From: a virus
Lineage: Duplodnaviria; Caudoviricetes
IMG/VR virus record: IMGVR_UViG_3300021959_000043
Coordinates: 1-59,531 of that record
Direction: 5' to 3' (one strand)
Length of the DNA stretch: 59,531 bases
The translations under genes were made by a program, and so were the position numbers. Below the pieces are notes generated by a model. That model was given only the letters and a program-made list of their open reading frames with translations. It made no database searches and had not been told where the DNA came from. The number at the start of each line of letters is the position of its first letter. The first letter of the stretch is position 1. Positions 1 through 7,449 of this stretch are shown here, one piece after another.

Positions 1-33
1 TATATACATACACACGAGGTGTGTATAGCATAG

Positions 34-312
34 TTATAAGTTATACTTCTTCTTGTATTTTTCTATTTTAATAAGCAATACAGATGCTTTAGCATATTCT
101 TCAGCGTCTTCTAGTTCTTTTAAATCTAAGTATAAATCGTCTAGTTCTTGTTTAATTAATTCTTGCTGCGTTATAGTACCATACTCTAATTCAGGGTTTT
201 GTTTTGATATTTCTTCTAAGTCTTCTTTAAACTTCTCATCATATTCTATTTGATGCTTCATTATTTTATCTACTATTAAATCAGCGAGTTCGTTCATTTG
301 TTTTTTATTCAT
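34..312 (-). CDS. hypothetical early protein, acidic and helical (92 aa)
   Basis: ORF track; ATG lies just downstream of the promoter-like motif at 319-349. Confidence 0.75.
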   Translation of the reverse strand: MNKKQMNELADLIVDKIMKHQIEYDEKFKEDLEEISKQNPELEYGTITQQELIKQELDDLYLDLKELEDAEEYAKASVLLIKIEKYKKKYNL

Positions 313-318
313 ATTTAT

Positions 319-349
319 ATTATCTATTTATTAATTTATTAAGTCCGTG
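319..349 (-). promoter_or_regulatory. early promoter-like motif, copy 1 (CACGGACT-N17-GATAAT on minus strand)
   Basis: + strand ATTATC 319-324, 17-nt spacer, AGTCCGTG 342-349; motif recurs seven times in 1-3.75 kb. Confidence 0.75.
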
Positions 350-458
350 TGTCTGTCATAATCCTAGCTCCCATTGTTTAACTTTAAATGACAAGTAAAA
401 AAGAAATAATATAAATAATATTGTAGTTATTCTATTATATTTGTTTCTTTTAATCATA

Positions 459-668
459 TTAGTTGCCATTTCTATTAAGTGTTAGACCAAGTTGGTCTGC
501 TGCATAGTTAATATGCCTTTGAGTTGTTACACTCCACCAACCTAGCTGATCAAGTGTTTGATTACAATAGTCTATCTTAGCTACCCTAGTTGTATAACTC
601 ATTACGTAATCGTTTCCGTCCCATTGTATTACACATAGGTTTTGCTTGTATTTGCTAAATTTTCTCAT
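459..668 (-). CDS. hypothetical early protein (69 aa)
   Basis: ORF track; SYxTxVA...WSxTTxRHIN pattern typical of small phage proteins; ATGA overlap with upstream ORF. Confidence 0.75.
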   Translation of the reverse strand: MRKFSKYKQNLCVIQWDGNDYVMSYTTRVAKIDYCNQTLDQLGWWSVTTQRHINYAADQLGLTLNRNGN

Positions 669-826
669 AATATGTCTAATGTTTTTTTGTTTAATATTAT
701 TGGTGATTCATCTTTATGTGTTGAAACAAAGTATATGCCTGATGTTTCTTTAATTAACACGTTTTTATCTTTAAATTTCTTAGGATATTTATCCTTAACA
801 TATTGTTCTATTTTTTTTCTATTCAT
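665..826 (-). CDS. hypothetical protein (53 aa, MNRKKIEQYVKDKYP...)
   Basis: Translated by hand; ATGA-coupled to both neighbours; below the ORF-track cutoff. Confidence 0.6.
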   Translation of the reverse strand: MNRKKIEQYVKDKYPKKFKDKNVLIKETSGIYFVSTHKDESPIILNKKTLDIL

Positions 827-1305
827 AATTCTATTTTTATTTCTTGTTGTTTATAGCCTTTACTTTCTAATTCATCAATAATATCTTCTTCAAATCTTTC
901 AGATAAATACTCAAACAATTGGCTTATAGCATCATCAATATACTGTTGATGTAGATCATCTACATATATAATTTCAGGGTAGTCTTCATCACCATTAGAA
1001 TATTTAATAAATTCTTCAAGCGCATCGCCTAAATCACTATCATAATAATATACGTTTTCGCTTATGTTTATATTATTCATATCATGTGTAGCAACGTGAA
1101 CTGAATAACCATCAACTGTTGATTCTTCATATATATAAAAGTCTGCCTTATTATTCCAGTTATCTACAAACTCTATATTAAAATGCTTTAACACTGATTC
1201 TTTAGCTAGATCTTGATCACTAGCTTGTTCATCACCAAAGCCTATAGCTTCTAGTTTTTCATTAATTAATTCGTTTGTGATTAGTTTTTCTTTAGTCATT
1301 GTCAT
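823..1305 (-). CDS. hypothetical acidic early protein
   Basis: ORF 823..1380; more likely start is ATG at 1305 or 1299, which avoids a long overlap with 1292..1549. Confidence 0.7.
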   Translation of the reverse strand: MTMTKEKLITNELINEKLEAIGFGDEQASDQDLAKESVLKHFNIEFVDNWNNKADFYIYEESTVDGYSVHVATHDMNNINISENVYYYDSDLGDALEEFIKYSNGDEDYPEIIYVDDLHQQYIDDAISQLFEYLSERFEEDIIDELESKGYKQQEIKIEL

Positions 1306-1549
1306 TTTTTTTAAAGTTATTAAATAAGTTATCGCCATATTTCCAATCCCACGATGATACCATAGACATATTAAGATCACCGAATAGATGTATATTTTTT
1401 ATAGTAGACATAGGTAGATCGTCGTAGAACATAGCATTGTCTAACTCTGCAAGTGTATAGCATACTGTTGAGTAACTATCTACGTTGTTTATAAGAGCAT
1501 TGTGTATCTCTGGTTTTAATCTGTGTAATAAAGTTTCTAGTTCTGCCAT
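1292..1549 (-). CDS. hypothetical early protein (85 aa)
   Basis: ORF track; downstream of promoter copy at 1571-1601. Confidence 0.7.
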   Translation of the reverse strand: MAELETLLHRLKPEIHNALINNVDSYSTVCYTLAELDNAMFYDDLPMSTIKNIHLFGDLNMSMVSSWDWKYGDNLFNNFKKNDND

Positions 1550-1570
1550 TGTTTTTGTTTTTATAATTAT

Positions 1571-1601
1571 ATTATCTATAAACTAATTTGTTTTATCCGT
1601 G
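1571..1601 (-). promoter_or_regulatory. early promoter-like motif, copy 2 (CACGGATA-N17-GATAAT)
   Basis: + ATTATC 1571-1576, 17-nt spacer, TATCCGTG 1594-1601. Confidence 0.7.
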
Positions 1602-1611
1602 TAGCTATTTT

Positions 1612-1695
1612 GTAACTAGTGAGGAATCGAACCTCAATACCCGTCAGTAAGTCTTATCTCCGTACTTAAACGTGTGATTTTTCCAGACCTAGTTA
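1612..1695 (-). ncRNA. tRNA-like element: acceptor stem and T-arm intact, D and anticodon arms not canonical
   Basis: Minus strand: TAACTAG...TGAGG-TTCGATT-CCTCA-CTAGTTA-C; 7-bp acceptor stem, 5-bp T stem with TTCGATT loop; no encoded CCA. Confidence 0.55.
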
Positions 1696-1835
1696 TTCAG
1701 CCTTCCTTCCTCTTTGTAGCGTCATATATCTTGCTACCAGTGCTCGGGTTCAGGCATACTAGCGATTCACTTATGTGTAATTCCAGAGGCAGGAATTTAC
1801 TGACCTTGATTTACCTAATTAAGCTACTCGTCTAG

Positions 1836-2030
1836 TTATTTTCTCCGCCATGACCTATGAACCACGGCGGAGAGAGACTGACTTACTATTTGTATAGTGT
1901 TGCCTGTCTTGTGATTGATTATTGGTATATAAGAATATGTTTCTGTTGTTGAACAATCTACACACGTTTTATAACCTAAGGCTAACCTGCCTTCAGGTAT
2001 TTTTGTATTTGGTTTACATTTACAGTACAT
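1836..2030 (-). CDS. small Cys-rich putative Zn-binding protein (64 aa)
   Basis: CxC...IPEGRLALGYKTCVDCS, loosely like a DksA/TraR C4 finger. Confidence 0.7.
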   Translation of the reverse strand: MYCKCKPNTKIPEGRLALGYKTCVDCSTTETYSYIPIINHKTGNTIQIVSQSLSAVVHRSWRRK

Positions 2031-2055
2031 AATTATATTTTTTTGTTACACATAT

Positions 2056-2086
2056 ATTATCTATAGTAATTTTAAATTAGTCAGTG
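2056..2086 (-). promoter_or_regulatory. early promoter-like motif, copy 3 (CACTGACT-N17-GATAAT)
   Basis: + ATTATC 2056-2061, AGTCAGTG 2079-2086. Confidence 0.75.
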
Positions 2087-2092
2087 TAGTAA

Positions 2093-2218
2093 TTACATCA
2101 TATCTACCTCAAAACAAACTTGTGAATTGCAATATCCATTTGTATCTAAAGCACTTCCACATTCTTCACAGCTTACAGGTAAATGCTCGTCCCAGTTATT
2201 ATAGTCATACCAATTCAT
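2093..2218 (-). CDS. 41-aa putative Zn-ribbon microprotein (CEEC...CNSQVC)
   Basis: Hand translation MNWYDYNNWDEHLPVSCEECGSALDTNGYCNSQVCFEVDMM; ATGA overlap with 2215..2622. Confidence 0.6.
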   Translation of the reverse strand: MNWYDYNNWDEHLPVSCEECGSALDTNGYCNSQVCFEVDMM

Positions 2219-2622
2219 ATTGAATACATTGTTAAGTTTCTCATGTTATAATTTCTTTTGCAAAATTCTACGATATATATAAGTCGTGCAAGTGGATCAT
2301 GTATTAATTCTCTAGCATAACATATAGCTTTAAGTGTTTTTAGTTTGCCATCTTGTATGACTGTCCATCGCTCTTCACGCTTATACTGTTTGTTTAGTTG
2401 ATATATTCTGTCGCTTGAATTACATCTTCTGACATAACCTGTTTTGTATGAGGCTATTTGATCACCATTAGGCAATACAAATTGTCTTGTGCCATTTTTC
2501 TTTTGTCTGTCAGTAGTCATTTCTTTGATATTGTACTCTACAAACATACGTTTAGCAAATAAATCTACTAATTCTACACGTCTCTGTCGCCAGTCCATAT
2601 GCTCTTGTTCTAAGTTTCTCAT
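2215..2622 (-). CDS. hypothetical early protein (135 aa)
   Basis: ORF track; downstream of promoter copy 4. Confidence 0.75.
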   Translation of the reverse strand: MRNLEQEHMDWRQRRVELVDLFAKRMFVEYNIKEMTTDRQKKNGTRQFVLPNGDQIASYKTGYVRRCNSSDRIYQLNKQYKREERWTVIQDGKLKTLKAICYARELIHDPLARLIYIVEFCKRNYNMRNLTMYSI

Positions 2623-2792
2623 AGCTTTTTTTGTTTTACATTTATATTATCTGTAGTTTTATAAATTAAGTCAGTGTAGTCTTTGTACACAGCTTCTACT
2701 ATTAAGTCTCGCTCGTCGTCACTACAAGTGGCAAAGCCAAACTCGCCAAACCACTCTTGTGCTAATGTATCTAATTTCTTTGTTACGCTCAT
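2619..2792 (-). CDS. hypothetical protein (57 aa, MSVTKKLDTLAQEWFGEFGFATC...)
   Basis: Hand translation; TGA overlaps the next ATG. Confidence 0.55.
   Translation of the reverse strand: MSVTKKLDTLAQEWFGEFGFATCSDDERDLIVEAVYKDYTDLIYKTTDNINVKQKKL
2646..2676 (-). promoter_or_regulatory. early promoter-like motif, copy 4 (CACTGACT-N17-GATAAT)
   Basis: + ATTATC 2646-2651, AGTCAGTG 2669-2676. Confidence 0.75.
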
Positions 2793-2794
2793 AA

Positions 2795-3037
2795 TTATTG
2801 TATGTTAAATGGTGATGGTACGTATTCTACATAGGTAAGACCTTTATAATTAAAGAATTCAGTAATACCTTCTTGATCTTTTTCTTCGTTATAAATAAAC
2901 GCAAAGCGTTTTGGTAGCTCACCTACAGGATAACCTTTGTATATCACATTATTTAGCGATATAGTAGTTTTGTTTTTGAATTTAATAGTGTTAATCTCCA
3001 TAGTTTCTGGGTTGATTTTGATGTTTGTTTCTCGCAT
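2795..3037 (-). CDS. hypothetical early protein (80 aa)
   Basis: ORF track. Confidence 0.7.
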   Translation of the reverse strand: MRETNIKINPETMEINTIKFKNKTTISLNNVIYKGYPVGELPKRFAFIYNEEKDQEGITEFFNYKGLTYVEYVPSPFNIQ

Positions 3038-3040
3038 AGT

Positions 3041-3169
3041 TTAAAATATTAATTTAGTTGTTATTTTTTGATATAAGTAATCTTGTATAGTTTCTGTGTA
3101 CTTTTCTACGCAGTCTGTACTTGGATTAAATGGAAACTTTTCCTGTAAGTTGGTTATTAGTTTTTCCAT
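3041..3169 (-). CDS. hypothetical protein (42 aa, MEKLITNLQEKFPFNP...)
   Basis: Hand translation; tightly packed against the next gene. Confidence 0.5.
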   Translation of the reverse strand: MEKLITNLQEKFPFNPSTDCVEKYTETIQDYLYQKITTKLIF

Positions 3170-3266
3170 AGTTTAAAGGTGTTATTTTGTTTAGTTAATA
3201 AAAAAGGTGTTAAGGTACAATGCACTATGTGACTGCCTGTAACTAATAAATTATGATTTCGAATAT

Positions 3267-3297
3267 ATTATCTGTAGTTTGTTGACGCAAGTCCGTG
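3267..3297 (-). promoter_or_regulatory. early promoter-like motif, copy 5
   Basis: + ATTATC 3267-3272, AGTCCGTG 3290-3297. Confidence 0.75.
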
Positions 3298-3322
3298 CGA
3301 GAAACGTAAATGGTAATAAAAA

Positions 3323-3368
3323 ACTGACAAAAGCTAATTAAGTATATAAGTAACTAGCTAATGTCAGT
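3323..3368. repeat. palindromic element A: TGACA-N9-TAAGTATATAAGTA-N9-TGTCA
   Basis: ACTGACA-AA-AGCTA-N18-TAGCT-AA-TGTCAGT; second copy at 3938-3979. Confidence 0.75.
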
Positions 3369-3375
3369 GTGAGGT

Positions 3376-3615
3376 TTATACTATTTTATCTAAGTCTCTT
3401 ACAAATTTTGGTAGATTATTAGAGTTTGTATAAGAGCTGTACTTGTCGAAGCAAGGCATTGAATCAAACTTGCTTTTTAATTGATTGTAAACTAGGTCAT
3501 GGTCGTAAGTACATTGTTCTTTGTTTTTGTTAGTAAATGTAATCACTGTATTTTTACCGATTAGTGACTTACGGATTACAAATCTTTTTGTTGTTAGTTT
3601 TTGTTGAGTTTTCAT
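3376..3615 (-). CDS. hypothetical protein, first early gene
   Basis: ORF 3376..3678; likely start ATG 3615 (MKTQQKL), downstream of promoter copies 6 and 7. Confidence 0.7.
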   Translation of the reverse strand: MKTQQKLTTKRFVIRKSLIGKNTVITFTNKNKEQCTYDHDLVYNQLKSKFDSMPCFDKYSSYTNSNNLPKFVRDLDKIV

Positions 3616-3654
3616 AGAATATAATTTAATATAAGCTTCGTTGCTTACAAACAT

Positions 3655-3685
3655 ATTATCATTTATACCAATACGCAAGTCCGTG
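3655..3685 (-). promoter_or_regulatory. early promoter-like motif, copy 6, overlapping a Bacteroidota-type TAnnTTTG (TATGTTTG)
   Basis: + ATTATC 3655-3660, AGTCCGTG 3678-3685; CAAACATA 3648-3655. Confidence 0.75.
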
Positions 3686-3703
3686 CGAGTAGATTAGTAG
3701 GTA

Positions 3704-3734
3704 CATATCAGTATAATGTAGTCGCAAGTCCGTG
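3704..3734 (-). promoter_or_regulatory. early promoter-like motif, copy 7 (degenerate downstream box GATATG)
   Basis: + CATATC 3704-3709, 17-nt spacer, AGTCCGTG 3727-3734. Confidence 0.55.
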
Positions 3735-3937
3735 AGTGAGGGTAATAATAACATTAGTATTATAAAAAAAGTCTAAAAGGCTAGACGAAAACCAAACGAT
3801 GGCTTAAAGCTTACAACTCTAGAGCCTAGAAATTGGGCAACCCCGCTAAATCAAAACGATTTTACATTTCAAAAAACTTTTTCAAAAACTAGTAGTAACA
3901 CCATACCCCTCTATTTGTGACAATTTATTATTTTATG

Positions 3938-3979
3938 TGACACAAGGTACCTAAGTATATAAGTAGCCGCCTATTGTCA
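3938..3979. repeat. palindromic element B: TGACA-N9-TAAGTATATAAGTA-N9-TGTCA
   Basis: Same 14-nt core and same spacing as 3325-3366. Confidence 0.75.
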
Positions 3980-4011
3980 GTCTATTTAAAGGTAAAAAAC
4001 CATAAATCTAT

Positions 4012-4027
4012 GTAAGTATATATAATA
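4012..4027 (+). promoter_or_regulatory. late promoter-like motif GTRAnnATATAWATA
   Basis: GTAAGTATATATAATA just upstream of the first plus-strand gene; recurs at 14886, 22992, 24213, 33727, 41388. Confidence 0.55.
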
Positions 4028-4044
4028 TACCAAAACATTATACA

Positions 4045-4278
4045 ATGGCACAGAAATTAAGCGATAAAGCAAGAAAAGATAAAGCTAAAAGAGATCTTGA
4101 GTATGCTAAAACAGACAGCAGAAGATCTAAAAAAGCTGAAAATCAAAGAAAACGCAGGAAAGCAGAAAAAAAACATGGTAAAAACTGGTTATTAGATAAA
4201 GATTATGACCATACTAAGAAAAGATTTGTTAGTGTTAAAAAAAATAGAGGTAATTACGGAAAAGGAACTAAAAAATAA
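4045..4278 (+). CDS. highly basic hypothetical protein (77 aa)
   Basis: K/R-rich ORF; C-terminal DYDH...NRGN resembles a degenerate HNH-like tail. Confidence 0.75.
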   Translation: MAQKLSDKARKDKAKRDLEYAKTDSRRSKKAENQRKRRKAEKKHGKNWLLDKDYDHTKKRFVSVKKNRGNYGKGTKK

Positions 4279-4284
4279 ATAAAA

Positions 4285-4812
4285 ATGGCTAATTTAACAG
4301 CATACCCAATAGGTACACCTAAATCAGGAGATCTTATAATAGGAACATCAGTACCAATACCTGGAACAAATCAAAAATCTACTACTAAAAACTTCTCAAT
4401 AAATGAAGTAGTTACATTAGCTACTGAAAATTACGTTGAGTTAACAAAGCAATTGACAAATGCGCAGTGGCTTGCATTAAAAACTACTAGTATAGAGATA
4501 GTGCCAGCTCAAGGTGCAGGCACGGTTGTCCAAGTATTAGCGGCGCATGTTAAATGGACAGCATCGGGTGCTAATTTTGCTTTCAACCAACCTCTAACTC
4601 TAGGTAATGGAACTAGTGGCGTTGTGGGTGTTGTGACTCAAGGTACACTACCAGCAACCTACACGGATATTGATTCTGATGCTACTCAAATATTTACAAT
4701 ATCTGGAGCTGATGCTTCATTGAATTCTTCTATTAACTTTGGATGTGCTTCATCTGCTACACTTGCTGGAGGGGGAACTCTACAGGTTACAGTGAGATAC
4801 CAAGTAATATAA
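4285..4812 (+). CDS. putative virion structural protein (tail-fibre region)
   Basis: T/G/A/S-rich beta-type composition; N-terminus (YP...DLIIGT) resembles that of 4819..5499. Confidence 0.65.
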   Translation: MANLTAYPIGTPKSGDLIIGTSVPIPGTNQKSTTKNFSINEVVTLATENYVELTKQLTNAQWLALKTTSIEIVPAQGAGTVVQVLAAHVKWTASGANFAFNQPLTLGNGTSGVVGVVTQGTLPATYTDIDSDATQIFTISGADASLNSSINFGCASSATLAGGGTLQVTVRYQVI

Positions 4813-4818
4813 CAACAC

Positions 4819-5499
4819 ATGGCTAGAATAAGTTCATACGGATTTGATAACAATGTTACAGACCTCGATGCTTGGATAGGCACCGATGCTGGTAATCGTA
4901 GAACAAAACAATTTTCTGCAGAAGCTGTAGCTAAATACCTCAACATAAAAGGTAAAATATCTATATCTGCCCAAATGGTATTTAAGTTTACACAAAATAA
5001 TCCTCCAGCTAGCGGTGAATTTTCAGGACCAGCAAACGATAGTAATATATCAGCTATAACTACAATGCAAATATCAAGCGTTGATGCTTCTGACCAGAAC
5101 ACTGTACAGTTCATGGAATACCTAGTAGGTAATGATATACTAATTAGTGAGCAAAACGATATAAGTAAGTTTGGTCATTTTAATATAACATCTTACAATG
5201 TAAACGGTAATGCATATACACTGGTATTAGCAAACATTGGAGGCAACGGAACTTTAGATTTAGATAAGTTCTATGACTTTGCTGTTTTTACTTTATCTTC
5301 ACCTGACAAAACATTTGAGTTTACGCAAGGTCAACCTGCGACAACATGGAACATACAACACGATTTAAATAAATTTCCTTCAGTATCCGTAATTAACAAC
5401 AATAACGTCGTTATTAACGGTGAAGTAACATATATAGATAAAAATAACGTACAAATAAACTTTTCTGCTGGCTTCTCTGGCAAAGCATACTTAAACTAA
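4819..5499 (+). CDS. putative tail-fibre-associated protein
   Basis: C-terminal WNIQHDLNKFPSVSV...FSGKAYLN, a small beta domain typical of phage fibre accessory proteins. Confidence 0.7.
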   Translation: MARISSYGFDNNVTDLDAWIGTDAGNRRTKQFSAEAVAKYLNIKGKISISAQMVFKFTQNNPPASGEFSGPANDSNISAITTMQISSVDASDQNTVQFMEYLVGNDILISEQNDISKFGHFNITSYNVNGNAYTLVLANIGGNGTLDLDKFYDFAVFTLSSPDKTFEFTQGQPATTWNIQHDLNKFPSVSVINNNNVVINGEVTYIDKNNVQINFSAGFSGKAYLN

Positions 5500-5505
5500 C
5501 AAAAC

Positions 5506-7425
5506 ATGGCAATAAATTTTTTAAACAATGTAGCCCTCAACAAAAACGAACTAAGAGGTGCGGCTATAGAAAACCAACCAAATGATTCGGCTGTACCAAA
5601 TCCAGTATCAGGTCAGATATACTTTAACACAACGTCTGATAATCTTAAGATTTACACAGGTGCTGCATGGGAAGAAGTAGGTGGTGGTGTTGAAACCTTA
5701 ACTATAAACCCAGGGACATATGTAAGTCCTAATTCAACTGGTACTGCAAAAAACCCTATTTTCGCCCCAGATCTATCCGCAGTAGATGGATCTGTAGCAG
5801 CAAACGAACGCTTTTTAACTAAAAGTAACAAATGGGCAACTGTAGCTTCTATACCTGGAACGTATACTTGGAAAATATTAACAAACAGTGGCGGGGGTGC
5901 TCTTGCAACTGTTGCTTCAGCGGATACTGTTACTTTTACAAGTGGTAATAGTACTCTTGATATAACAAACTCTGGTTTAAGTGTCAGTATTGGTATGCCT
6001 GCAACAGGTGTAACAGCTGGATCTTATACACGTGCTTCAATTACAGTTGATGCATATGGTAGAATAACTACAGCTTCAAGTGGAGCAGCTCCGGTTATAA
6101 GCGACGCAACTATAACTTTAACAGGCGGTAGCGGTTTAGCAAACGCGGGCGGTGCTTTTACTCTTAACCAATCGGCTGATGAAACAATTAACTTTGAAGT
6201 TGGAGCAGGTGCTGGTATACAAGTTAATGCCAACGATGTAGCCATTGATTATTCTGGTGCAAACAATATTATTGATTCTGCCCCTAATGGTGGTAATATA
6301 GCTACAGTAGATAAAATACTATATGAAGACGCCACAGATACAACAGTAAAAGAAATTGCTGTATCTAGTTTAATAGCTTTAGCACCTCAAGGAGATGTTA
6401 CTGGTATTGACGCTGGTACTTATATATCTATAGACGATCCGAACACAGCAACCCCTACGGTTAATGCTTTAGGAACTGAAGCAGCAACAGCATCTAGACT
6501 TGTAGCAAGAGACTCTAGTGGTTTTGGTTATGTAGCAACTCCTTCAACAGGTGACAGTACAACTAAAATAGCTACAACTGCTTTCGTACAAGCTGCGGTT
6601 ACAGGTTTATTAGAATTTAAAGGTGGGTTTAACGCTAACACTGGTGATTTAGATTCACCATTAAGTGGTGATTTATACGTGGACGTTGCTATATTAGTAG
6701 GTGATTACTACGTAGTAACTACTGCTGGTAATTTCTTTGGAAATACAGCTACACCTTTAACACCTGGAGATTCAGTTATATGTCAAACTGCTAAAACAGC
6801 GGGTAATGCTACTGAAGCAGACTTTATAGTTGTACAATCTGATACAGATCTTGCAACTAACTCCACGCCTGGTTTAATGTTTATAAACCCAACTGGAAGT
6901 GGTATAACTTCAAACATTGCAACAGGTCAAGCAACCTTAACAAACACAGATAAAGGTTCTTCTCAAAACATATTTAAAAGAGTTGACTCTGATTCAGGTA
7001 CAGCAATAGCTGATAATAATGATGACACGTTAAGTATACAAGGTGCTGGAAGTATAACTACATCAGTATCTGGAGATGTGCTTACAATAACAGGTACTGA
7101 CAATCAAGGAGCAATTGGAAAAAGCGTATTGCTAAACAGCGCTTTAGCTTATGTTAGTGCGAGTACTTCTGGAGGCATTACAACCTTTGCTGTAGACGTT
7201 GCAAATTCATCTGTCTTTGGATCAGGTGTTACTGCTATAGATGTTAAGTGCGAAGTTGTAGATGCATCAACGTCAGGAGCTACTGCAGGTCAAACAGTTT
7301 ATGCTGATATAACAAGAGGCGTAAATGCAGGCGGCGCTACTTTTGGTACAGCATCTTTAAACATAGCCTTTACAGGCACAGTATCTAGTTCAGTGTACAA
7401 AGTACTACTTACGTACTTAGGATAA
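5506..7425 (+). CDS. tail fibre protein (639 aa)
   Basis: Fibre motifs GVTAGSYTRASITVDAYGRIT, DSTTKIATTAFV, GQIYFNTT. Confidence 0.8.
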   Translation: MAINFLNNVALNKNELRGAAIENQPNDSAVPNPVSGQIYFNTTSDNLKIYTGAAWEEVGGGVETLTINPGTYVSPNSTGTAKNPIFAPDLSAVDGSVAANERFLTKSNKWATVASIPGTYTWKILTNSGGGALATVASADTVTFTSGNSTLDITNSGLSVSIGMPATGVTAGSYTRASITVDAYGRITTASSGAAPVISDATITLTGGSGLANAGGAFTLNQSADETINFEVGAGAGIQVNANDVAIDYSGANNIIDSAPNGGNIATVDKILYEDATDTTVKEIAVSSLIALAPQGDVTGIDAGTYISIDDPNTATPTVNALGTEAATASRLVARDSSGFGYVATPSTGDSTTKIATTAFVQAAVTGLLEFKGGFNANTGDLDSPLSGDLYVDVAILVGDYYVVTTAGNFFGNTATPLTPGDSVICQTAKTAGNATEADFIVVQSDTDLATNSTPGLMFINPTGSGITSNIATGQATLTNTDKGSSQNIFKRVDSDSGTAIADNNDDTLSIQGAGSITTSVSGDVLTITGTDNQGAIGKSVLLNSALAYVSASTSGGITTFAVDVANSSVFGSGVTAIDVKCEVVDASTSGATAGQTVYADITRGVNAGGATFGTASLNIAFTGTVSSSVYKVLLTYLG

Positions 7426-7449
7426 TAATAATGTAATTAAATACAATAT

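Noticed and set aside
1612-1695. Canonical tRNA gene
   Set aside because: No recognisable D-arm or 7-nt anticodon loop; reported only as tRNA-like.
319-3734. CRISPR array from the recurring AAGTCCGTG motif
   Set aside because: Copies are irregularly spaced, bipartite and separated by whole genes; no cas genes.
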